This document shows positions 5,550 through 15,400 of a stretch of DNA of 19,628 bases, piece after piece. Within the stretch, counting starts at the first letter, position 1. The number at the start of each line of letters is the position of its first letter. Under the pieces are notes generated by a model. The model did not search any database and had not been told where the DNA came from. It worked only from the letters and a program-made list of their open reading frames with translations. Made by a program: the position numbers and the translations under genes. Source of the stretch: Thermoplasmata archaeon (GTDB taxonomy: Archaea; Thermoplasmatota; Thermoplasmata; GCA-020350865); assembly GCA_020348445.1 (NCBI GenBank), contig CP070751.1:1185095-1204722 (forward strand), written 5' to 3'.

Positions 5550-7496
5550 ATGACCGAGGTCTGGGACGAGAAAGAAAAAAGTTCTGAAAATATCGAAGAG
5601 AAAGCCTTAAATAAACTCGATGCTCAAAAGGATGGCACATCCGAAGAAATGGACATGGATAACAGGACCTGTCGTTTTTGCGGTAGAATTTTTAAGAATG
5701 AACGTGCCCGTAAAACCCATGAGCATCATTGTAAAAGAAAAATGGAAAAGGAAGAAATAGAGGATGAAAAAGACCCAAAAGAGGAACAAATCGAAGAAAT
5801 CGAGGGTATCTCTGATGTCTCAAAATTGAGGGAAGAATTGATGTTGGACTTACAGAGGTTAAAAGAGGAGCGAAAAAGATTGGAAGAGGAAAGATCTGCA
5901 TTTAAAACTGAGATTAAATCGGAGCTGGAAAAATTGAAAGAGGATAAAAAAGAATTTGAGATGAAACGCTCAGATGAACGTGATAAAACCACCGTCTTAG
6001 ATGAGGATTTGAAGGACCGAGGACAAGCAGGTGTTACTGTCCTCGAAGCGGACGAGGAAGTAAAGGAGGAATATGCGATTGAAGATATGGAGGAGGAATT
6101 GGAAAGTATTGAACCTACGATTGCAGAGATGGGAGAAGGGATTTCCACTGTGGATTTGGAAGAACTCACCATGCAATTGGAAAGCATCGAGTCAGAACTC
6201 ACAACAAAGGTGGACTTTGAGGCAATGACAAAGATGTCAGAGGATTATGGAAAGTCCATTGATGCGCTTGAAGAATCCATCGCCTCTTTGAATCGCAAGA
6301 TCGACAATGTGATACGGGATTTAGAAGAAAGATCAAGAAGATTCGGTACCTTTCAAAGCATATCAAGAGAGATGGAAAAGCTTGATGAAAGAACAGAGGA
6401 GATTCTGGAGGAGATAGGTTTTGGAGAGAGTCTTAACGTCGCTAAAATTCCTCCAAATATTCTTGAAAATGTATATGAATCAACAATCGAGGGTGCGGTA
6501 AATGAAATTCGCAGAAACTACGGCACCCATGACGCAGAGGACATCATAAGGCGAGCCTTGGAGGATGTAAGGACCAGGACCAGCGGTAGCGAGCTATTTT
6601 ATTTTGACGGGAGGGCACTCAAGACAAGAAAACTTGCCCAGGCCATACAGGCGAAATTGATTTCTGCGAAGCAGGTGCAGACCACATACGACGAACTTCT
6701 CAGAAAGCTCTTGGAGTACATCCCTGGCTATAAAGCAAAGAACTTCAGAGCCATGATAAAATTGAAAAGCCAAGAATATTCCGTGGATAAAACCACCCTC
6801 CTTATTGAGAGTCTCAATAATATTAAAGATGATCTCGACAATCTTAATACAATGTTCGGAACCGTGTCAAACAGGCAGAATTCCATAGAGATAGAAATCA
6901 ACAGCCTAATAGGATCAAAGATTGGAAAGGAAGAGTTTGAAAGTCTCCAAGCCACAATCGAAGAGATCAAAAAGAAACAGGATGATCTTGCTGATATGCT
7001 AAAGGATCAATATGAGTCCCAAAAGACAGAAAAAGAGACCTTGGTAAAGGAGCTTGCTGCCCTATCAAATAGGGTAAACGAACTCGAAAATATATCTTCT
7101 GTTGGTAAGAAGAAAGGGGCAGCCTCACGTCCAAAGAAAGAAAAGAAGAAAAAGGAAGATGAATTAGAAAAAAAGGAAACAAAGATGAAAATCGGTGGAG
7201 TAACGGTATTAGATGATGAAGGAGAATTGACAGAAACAACAAAAATGGAAGAGGAACAAGAGGAACCAGATAGTACTATAGAAATTGTAGAGGTAGAATT
7301 GGATGAAAATGAAGCTCGGATTTTCGAGCATATACCTGACAAAGGCTATACTTTATCTCGAATTAAAAAGGAAATCCTCCCTGAGGTGACGGAGGATGAA
7401 GTGAAGAAAGTACTTTCGGCTATGATAGATAAAGATATTATGTCTACCATAAAGCATGGCAGACATATAATATACGTAAAAAAAATAGAAAAATAA
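5550..7496 (+). CDS. Acidic coiled-coil protein with N-terminal C2HC zinc finger, central globular domain and C-terminal winged helix
   Basis: CRFC-x12-H-x3-C at 5670-5732; long E/K/L heptad stretches on both sides of a non-repetitive core (6417-6788); C-terminal LDENEARIFEHI...TLSRIK...EVKKVLSAMIDKDI...GRHIIY wHTH. No Walker motifs. ATG5550 is preceded by GAGG. Confidence 0.75.
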   Translation: MTEVWDEKEKSSENIEEKALNKLDAQKDGTSEEMDMDNRTCRFCGRIFKNERARKTHEHHCKRKMEKEEIEDEKDPKEEQIEEIEGISDVSKLREELMLDLQRLKEERKRLEEERSAFKTEIKSELEKLKEDKKEFEMKRSDERDKTTVLDEDLKDRGQAGVTVLEADEEVKEEYAIEDMEEELESIEPTIAEMGEGISTVDLEELTMQLESIESELTTKVDFEAMTKMSEDYGKSIDALEESIASLNRKIDNVIRDLEERSRRFGTFQSISREMEKLDERTEEILEEIGFGESLNVAKIPPNILENVYESTIEGAVNEIRRNYGTHDAEDIIRRALEDVRTRTSGSELFYFDGRALKTRKLAQAIQAKLISAKQVQTTYDELLRKLLEYIPGYKAKNFRAMIKLKSQEYSVDKTTLLIESLNNIKDDLDNLNTMFGTVSNRQNSIEIEINSLIGSKIGKEEFESLQATIEEIKKKQDDLADMLKDQYESQKTEKETLVKELAALSNRVNELENISSVGKKKGAASRPKKEKKKKEDELEKKETKMKIGGVTVLDDEGELTETTKMEEEQEEPDSTIEIVEVELDENEARIFEHIPDKGYTLSRIKKEILPEVTEDEVKKVLSAMIDKDIMSTIKHGRHIIYVKKIEK

Positions 7497-7511
7497 CGGA
7501 GGTGAAAAGAC

Positions 7512-8141
7512 GTGCTTGATGTAGCATTGGTCTCGCTCATCCAAGACATGAGTGAGAAGGCTGGTGTTGAAGGAACGATCCAGTACTGGGCAAGAGTAGG
7601 TGAGAGCCTCGCAAAACGTATGGGAAAAGAAGCGTACATGGGATGGCCCTCATTCAATGTGGCACTAAGAGAGGGCAGAACAGCTTTCTCCATAGAAGGA
7701 GATGTGACAGCACTAACAGACCTCGCTATTACCGATAGTGACGGCGATGTGGTAGGGTACATCTACGCCCTAAAGGAATGTGTGTTTGTCCCCACGATAT
7801 TGAGGATCAGATACAGTGTAGGTGAAGTGCCTAAGGCAGATCAGGCAGTTGCCGAGGAGTACAACAGTAGCATTCGCGACACAGCGGTGTGCAACTTTTG
7901 CGTGATCCATCAAAGATTCAGGGAAGAGGTCTCAAAGAACATTACTGTTGGAGACCAACCACTGGAATGCTCTCAACTAGCGGCAAGGGGATTTACAGGT
8001 GAAACCAAGATCGCCGAGGACAGCCTGAGGAAGATAGGAATAAATCCTGAGTACGTAAGGAGCTTGCTTAGGAACTACACTTGCGTATACGCCATACTGA
8101 TGAGAGGTGCAAGATTGAGAGGTGAGGAGGTGGAAGAATGA
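7512..8141 (+). CDS. Hypothetical protein, paralogue 1 (possible V4R/MetOD1-like Cys/His ligand-binding fold)
   Basis: GTG start after perfect GGAGGTGA. Aligns along most of its length with 8138-8761, with conserved EC.F and C.IHQ.FR. Confidence 0.7.
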   Translation: MLDVALVSLIQDMSEKAGVEGTIQYWARVGESLAKRMGKEAYMGWPSFNVALREGRTAFSIEGDVTALTDLAITDSDGDVVGYIYALKECVFVPTILRIRYSVGEVPKADQAVAEEYNSSIRDTAVCNFCVIHQRFREEVSKNITVGDQPLECSQLAARGFTGETKIAEDSLRKIGINPEYVRSLLRNYTCVYAILMRGARLRGEEVEE

Positions 8142-8761
8142 ACGAGAAGGACGAGAGAGGCACGACTCTTATAGAAGATAATCCCCTCGTGGATGTAGCT
8201 GCATATCTCTTTCTTGAGGACATTGCAGATAAACAGGGCGCAGCCGGTATGAACACATATCTTATGAGCCTTGCAAGTTCCTTGGCCAAGAGCATGCCAG
8301 AAGAGGAGTACAGCACATGGGAAGATTTTCTTGAAGCACTGCGAAAGGGTGAGTCCATCATATCATCCTTCGAAGTAGTAAAAACAAGGACCGAAAACTG
8401 TATGATAACCCAGGAATGTCCTTTTGCAAGGGGCTGGTTGGAGTACACCCAAAGAATCGGCAGCTTTTCCAATGTGCATTACGATGTAGCAGATTACTAC
8501 AACAGTAATGTGAAGCCCGGTGCTATAAACACATGCTGCATCATCCATCAAACCTTCAGAAGTGCCGCAGCAGAAAGAATCAAGGTTGCAGGGAAGACTG
8601 TTAAATACGCACAAATTGCTGCCATCTGGAGTGACGGTGTGAAAAGGATTGCACCTGATGAATGGCTTCCAATTCTTCTTGATAAAGCCAAGATAACCAA
8701 GACCGAATTGAACATGATTCTAAGAAACAACACCGATATCTTCGTACTTTATCTCGAGTAG
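8138..8761 (+). CDS. Hypothetical protein, paralogue 2 (possible V4R/MetOD1-like Cys/His ligand-binding fold)
   Basis: ATGA overlap with the previous gene; GGAGGTG SD; ECPF and CCIIHQTFR motifs. Confidence 0.7.
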   Translation: MNEKDERGTTLIEDNPLVDVAAYLFLEDIADKQGAAGMNTYLMSLASSLAKSMPEEEYSTWEDFLEALRKGESIISSFEVVKTRTENCMITQECPFARGWLEYTQRIGSFSNVHYDVADYYNSNVKPGAINTCCIIHQTFRSAAAERIKVAGKTVKYAQIAAIWSDGVKRIAPDEWLPILLDKAKITKTELNMILRNNTDIFVLYLE

Positions 8762-8850
8762 TGGGATAGAACGAGCTAGTACATCGTTTATGTCACCTCC
8801 AGTAGGGGATTCTGCTTTCGAATTAATCCAAATCATATAGAGGGAAAAGA

Positions 8851-9405
8851 GTGAAGAAACTCGCTACAAGTGGAATATATACATTTGTAAAAGTTGAGAA
8901 TGTGGACGAAATCGATAGATACGAGCTAGGCCTCAACGAGACACAACCAGGTAATCAATTCGAATTCTTTATGGGTCTAGGGATGGTTGATTATATTAAA
9001 TCATTTAAAACCTGGCTCAGAGAATTTCCCAAACCTATCTTTATTATCGCAACGAAGAACAGCGCCATAATCGCCTGGGTTTACATAACTGATTGGAATG
9101 AACCTTCAAAGGACGGGGACTCGATATACGTTTTAAGGGCCATCGAAACTCTTAAGCGATTTCGAAGTAAAAGACTGGGTCTCAGACTTCTCATGCTGGG
9201 CCTAAACCAAACATCTGGATACATGGTTACAAAACCCCTTAATGATAAGGCTGAGTATTTCTTCAAAAAGGCGGGTTTTATGTCCGAAAGAGAGTTCAAG
9301 AAATGCCCAATAGATCTTTCGAGACATCATGGGTATCTGATATTACCCCCCTTTAAAAAGTTTCAAATAATAAAGAAAGCTGAGCACTATTTTGAAGAGG
9401 AATAG
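8851..9405 (+). CDS. GNAT-family N-acetyltransferase (divergent)
   Basis: FIIATKNSAIIAW (b2-b3), IYVLRAIET.KRFRSKRLGLRLL (motif A, acetyl-CoA loop) and AEYFFKKAGF (motif B, A..FY.K.GF-like). GTG start with GAGGG. Confidence 0.75.
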   Translation: MKKLATSGIYTFVKVENVDEIDRYELGLNETQPGNQFEFFMGLGMVDYIKSFKTWLREFPKPIFIIATKNSAIIAWVYITDWNEPSKDGDSIYVLRAIETLKRFRSKRLGLRLLMLGLNQTSGYMVTKPLNDKAEYFFKKAGFMSEREFKKCPIDLSRHHGYLILPPFKKFQIIKKAEHYFEEE

Positions 9406-9457
9406 AAGGAACATAACCCTACTTTATACCGTTATTTATTCTCACTCTCAATCGATA

Positions 9458-12400
9458 TTAATCCTCACCCATTTCTTCAATTTCTTTGAGAATATCCTCA
9501 TCGACATTTTCCTTTTTAGGTTTTGTATCAGGCTTTGGAATTTCGTCCTCAATGATTTCCTTATCTTCCACTTCCCATTCGCCGATCATCTTTGATAGTT
9601 CTTTTTTCTCATCATCTGATAGAGTCTTGGTCTTTGAAATTGTGGCAACAAAGCCCTCGTACTCTTCCCTGCTTATCTTGCCATCTTTGAGCATCTCATC
9701 CAATTCCTTTACAATTCCATCTGGTAATCTATCGAACTTTCGGGTGACATGGGCCTTTCTCACTTCACCACGCTTGCTTGCAATGATATCCTGAAGCATC
9801 AGGTAATGCAGATCCTCGATTTTACCGGCCATGAATTCGTCGTTAATCTTTGCCTCTATTTCAGTTATTTTTTCATCGTACCCCTCTGGATCCAAATCTT
9901 CTTTAGCTGAAAGGTCCTCGATTTCGGCCATATAAGTTTTCAAGGCGCCTTTTTTCCTCTTGATCCTGCTGTATCCAATGAACGCCAGAAGACCTGAGCC
10001 CGCGATTACCAAAACCTCAAGTATTATACTCCATTGGTCCCAGAGCAGGCCAAAGATTCTCTCTTGGCCTTCTTCTATATCTTGAACTGATAAATTCCAG
10101 CTGTATTCTACACTATCTTCCCCATCAGATACATTTACGCTAACCTCATGTTCACCCGCATCTTCACTACCGGCAAAATACGTGTATGAACTCCCTCCCT
10201 CTTGTGCTTCAACGTCGTCGAAGTACCAGGTTATCTGAAGCGTGTCTTCCGGATCTTGATCGCTTTCGTCTATCATGAATTTAAGGTATGTATTTTCCTT
10301 CATTTTGGGATTCTTTGTTATGGGTTCATTGACCTCGATTTCAGGTAACCGGTTTTTCTTATGGACGTTTACTGTCCATGTGGTTTCATTGGTATCGTCA
10401 CCATCAGTAATTACAAGTCTAAGTATGTATTCACCTTCAGAGTCATAGGTAGTTTTCATAAGATAGATTGAACTTCCCACCCCTTCATCCAATAATACTA
10501 TTCTACCGTCAAGTGTCCATCTGTATGATAATGGATCCCCATCAATATCTACTGAGGACACATTGAATTCCAATGTTTCTGTTTCCGTCATAATTACTTC
10601 ACCTTCTTCTTGGTTTAGGATAATATCTGAAGGAGGACTGTTTTTAACCACGGTGGTTGTACTTGAATACCAGTCACTTGTATCCTCCCCGTCCGAGACT
10701 CTTACCTTGCAGTACCAAATTTCACCTTTTTTAGTAAGATCCCAGGAAATCTGAGTTTGGTCATCGTAGTCCTCCATATGGCCGTTGTCCTTGTACCATT
10801 TGATCTCCACCGACGAGAATGAATCACCATCATCATCCCTAAATAGGTTCTCATATGTGGGTTTGAGATTCCGATTGGATAAGGGCTTCTGGGGAGTTAG
10901 GATCACAGTTCCATTTAAATAAGGTGGTGTATTTGGTATTGTAATATTATCTGTTGTATATGAACTGCTCCAATCCTCACCATCAAATACCCTGACTTCT
11001 GCATGCCATTTTTGATTCTTTTTAAGATCCTCTCCAGCAATTACGGTTTGATTTTCAAATTGGGGCTGCTCTGATCCATCTATAAACCATTTAATCGCTA
11101 CAGCTACAACTGTATCCCCATCTGTATCCTCAGGGGTGCCCAGCAACAAAAGCCATCTGTCCCCATCTTCTTCATTGAATTGCACTTCTGCTGTGGTTAT
11201 ATCAGGTGGACTGTTGTTGATAAGCACACCCAGGGATCCCGCCTCAGGTCCAACATTGATTCCATCACTTGGTGTAACGTAACAGAACCATCTCTGACCC
11301 TTGAAAGTTCTTTCAGCTTGTGTTACATTTCCAGAAATTCCGCTGTCCCATCCAACCCCAAATGCATCTTCATACACCCATCTAAATGATGTGCCGTTAT
11401 CAGTATCACCGTCATAGTCATAGAAATCATAGGTCACCTCAAGCGCATCAGAAGATGTTGGATTTTGGGGTGTAATGGTGACATTTGACACAGTAGGTGG
11501 AGTGTTAAATACCTCATGCACGTCAGTCCAGGCCTCCTCTCCCATATCGGTGCCATCCATTGGGATTATCCTACACCTCCACAGGTCTGCACGCCGGGTA
11601 TAGTTGCTGGGTAATATATTGGAATTGACATCATATTTTGTCCAATCACCGCCATCTCTTGAAAGGTACCATTCATATGATGTACCGCTTTCCAAATCCC
11701 CGTCTGAATCTGTGAAGTTGTATACTACCTTGAGATTGTCTTTACCAGTTACAATCACGCTTCCTGTTTCCGAGATTATCCTGGGATTGGTAACAGAGGG
11801 AGGAGTATTACCAATTATCACTTCTTGGGATATAACAGTGGCTCCATAATCAGCTCCATCATTTGGTGTCACATTACATCTCCAACGTTGACCCTTTGAC
11901 GTATATTGGCTGGAAAGATAGTAACTGTCTATACCAGAAAACTCCCAATCTCCACTTGTTTCATTGTAAAAGTACCATCTATGTGAGGTTTTTGTTGAAT
12001 CCAATCCATCACCATCTATGTCATATATATTATAATCGACAAAAAGGTCATCACCGCCTGTGGGTGTAGAAGGGGTAATGATCACGTTATTTACTTCCGG
12101 GGGAGTGTTATCAATATACAGAAATCCACTTTCAAAGGGATATAAGGGATAGGTGCTGTCATATCCATCAGAGGGATACGCAACCGCATGCCATGTCTGG
12201 TATTTGGATGTGTATTGAGAATCTATTGTCTTAAGACCGTCAAAGGATGAGTAATAAATACCATTGATGTACCAATGTATTATCGTGCCCGACTCTGGAT
12301 CATTTTCCAAATCTTGATATAGGTAGTCGAGAACAATATCGAAATTTGTCTTAGGATTGTTCGTGAAGATGTCGGGAATGGGATCCGGCATATCGTAGTA

Positions 12401-15400
12401 TCCAAGGATGGTAATCCATAAAATCCAAGGTGGTAAATTTGAAACCTGCACATCCAAGTGTTGGGTTTCGTTAATATAAACCTCGACCTCACCAGCATGA
12501 CTACCATCATCAAAGTAAATACGATGGGGATTATCTGAATAGTTGGCCTCCTTGAATATGGTTTTCTCGTGGATTAAGATCCATTGGACATATCCCATGT
12601 CCACCTTATTTGTGAGGACTAGATTGTCCTTGGCGTTTAAGATGGTGATATTTGCCCACGAGGGAATGCCACTGTCGATATCATAAACCTGCACAGAAAG
12701 ATAATGGTAGAGCTCAATCCTTGATCCTGAATCATCGATTCTCACTCTCGATAGGTTTACCGATGAATTTATTAGATGGACCGCTGCTGAATTATTTAGA
12801 ATAAGAGAGGTTTTGGACATTGCAGATATTGTGGAGTTTTCAATGATGATATTACCGAGCTCTCCACCGTAACCTTCTGCAATTATCTCACCGTTAATAC
12901 CATTTTTTATGGTACTATCGATTATATTAATTGGTCCTGGACTTTTTATTACCAAACAGTTTATTGTCAGATTAATAAGTATATTTGTAAGATAGATATC
13001 ACTGCACCCACTTATCATTATTCCTGTTTGAATAATATGAGCTTTACATCCATCTAAGTATATATTATCGGAATTCACTAGATAAATTCCTACATCTCCG
13101 CTTATGGTACTTACATTTTTTATTGTTGATGAGGATTCATTTTCCATCCTTATAAAATTATCATTTTGAATTCCCTCCATATCCTCTATAGTGGAATATC
13201 TACACCAGGACATGTAAATCGCGATATCGGGATTATTTTCCTCATCTCCAAAACTACAATTGCGTACAGTTATGTACCTGGATGATTCACCGTGTATGGC
13301 AATACCATGGTGGGCAGAGACATTTGATTTTTCAATTGTTATATTTTCAGAGTTAAGAAGGTAAATCCCTGGATTGCTGATTATGAATGTGTTTTCGTAA
13401 ATCTGAGAATGGGTGCAATCTTGCATTAGCACAGCCCAATAAGGACGATCATCAAAACGCCCCAAAGAGATATTAGAGTAGGAGATGTTGAGATGGGATG
13501 AGCCGTAAGCATTTATCCCATAAATAGCCCTGGCATCCATTTTACATTCTTCAATGTTAATATATGAGGAACTGGTGATGTACAAAAGATACTCTGCTTG
13601 TTCCCATTCATACGAAATAAATGAAACGTTATAGATTGTGCCAAGAAAATCAGAAACGCCATGTATTCCAAGTCCCCAATATCGAGTCTCGATTGTGGAA
13701 TTGGTAATCGTCAAATATCTAGTATATGAAAGTATGCCCTTCATATATTCCTCAGTAATTAGTGTCTCATCCCCAGGACGGATTATCTTTGAGCCGTTAA
13801 TAGAAACCCGTGCATCCTGATCGATGTAGAAGAAATATGGGTCCCGGTCTACTCCTGCAATGGTTACATTTTCAACAATAAAATTCGCGCTGTTGTTTAT
13901 AAAAATACCAAATAAAAGCTCAGAATATATGTCAATATGTAAAGACGAATTAATAAGCTCAAGATCACCATAGATCCAAAGGGAGCCAGATAAGGTTATG
14001 TTCTTACCCGAAACATATTGTGGCGTTGTTTTATTCACCACCCAGTCGCCGCAGTTCGATTTGGCATACCTTGTGCTCACTAGTGAACCATCATTGGACT
14101 TTACTGCATAATGAAAAAGTTTCCAATCCTCAGATCCACTTTCATGGACATAATTATTTTGAGGTGCAGCAACAGATGCGTTGGGAATCCCTGCCGTCAT
14201 ATAGTTTTCCAGACTCATTATATCCCTTGCTATGTATATATCATAAGAAGTAACATCCCAGGATGTTGATAGTTCCCAAGTTAGAATGGTATTGCTATCC
14301 TCATCTGAATAAGCACCCATATTCGTGGGTGCATTGGGGGGAGTGTTGCCTAAGTAAAATACATTCATCTGCATATTATTATTTACAAAATAAGACGTGG
14401 AGAAGGCTTCCCATCCCGTCTCCCAGGCCCGCGCATAATGTGGAGTTATATAGTCAGCACCAAGTCCTGGGGTCCAAATCACTTCTGTAACAGGTATGTT
14501 ACGTGCAAAGCCGTCTGCTCCTGTTATGGATTGGATTTCCACAGGCCCAGGATCATCAAATATATCGATTTTTGCCCCTGCAACTTCTCCCCTGCTATCA
14601 GTAACATAGACATCCACCCACCATTTCCATATCAAAGAGGACGAGCCTATTATTTGGGAAAAACTGGCATTAACAGCGTCAATACAAATAATCTCTGAAT
14701 CAATCAAGCGGAACTCATTAATTGTTGAGTTCATTACAGTTATATGGCTGTTATCGCTAGTCTGGATATCATATTTAACATTGTCAAAAAAAAGGTCTGA
14801 GAGTGTCGCATCTGATGCTACAAAATCAATTCCATAGGTTGTATCATTGACATATACATTGTCTACCCTCACATTACCACCTTGACAATCCATAAATCTT
14901 ATTCCGTAAGATCGAGGATTGAGGACTGTGATATTTGATAGATAGACTTCTTCTGCTTCGTTTATTTCGATTCCAATGGAAGGCTCATATGTCCCGTTCA
15001 CAAGGATATCCTCACCAATTATATCACCAGACCAGAGGAAGATGCTGTAGTTGATATTATACGTGGTATACCCCTTCACATTTACACTGGATGAATCTAC
15101 CCAAAGTCCTCTTGTTACCTCCAATGAATCTGTTTCTATGTAAGTGTTTGAGATGGTAACGTTCTCTGAGCCATAGAGAATAGTTATTCCTTCACCTTCC
15201 AGTCCCAAAATAGTCAAATTCGAGATAGTTGAGTTGTCAGTGGAATTCATGATAATCTGAGTATAATAAGATGGACCTGTTATATTGTATAGGTTAATAT
15301 TATCCAACAATATTTGTTCTGATTCCCAGGTTCTTATGGTTTCAGAACCATTAATTATAGTTATCTTTGAAAGTTCAATGTTGTCTGAGTTCTTTATATC

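Noticed and set aside
5726-6202. 158-aa minus-strand ORF (also 6728-6970, 7007-7342, 5607-5901)
   Set aside because: Ser/Phe-rich antisense shadows of the Glu/Lys-rich coiled-coil gene.
5550-7496. SMC/Rad50 ATPase or chemotaxis receptor
   Set aside because: No Walker A/B or signature motif, no TM helices, no MCP hairpin motif.
9486-9794. Plus-strand ORFs 9486-9794 and 16867-17226 resemble each other (PSGN.SN...SPRLL.MIS)
   Set aside because: They are antisense to the two conserved cytoplasmic tails, so their similarity is inherited from the real genes.
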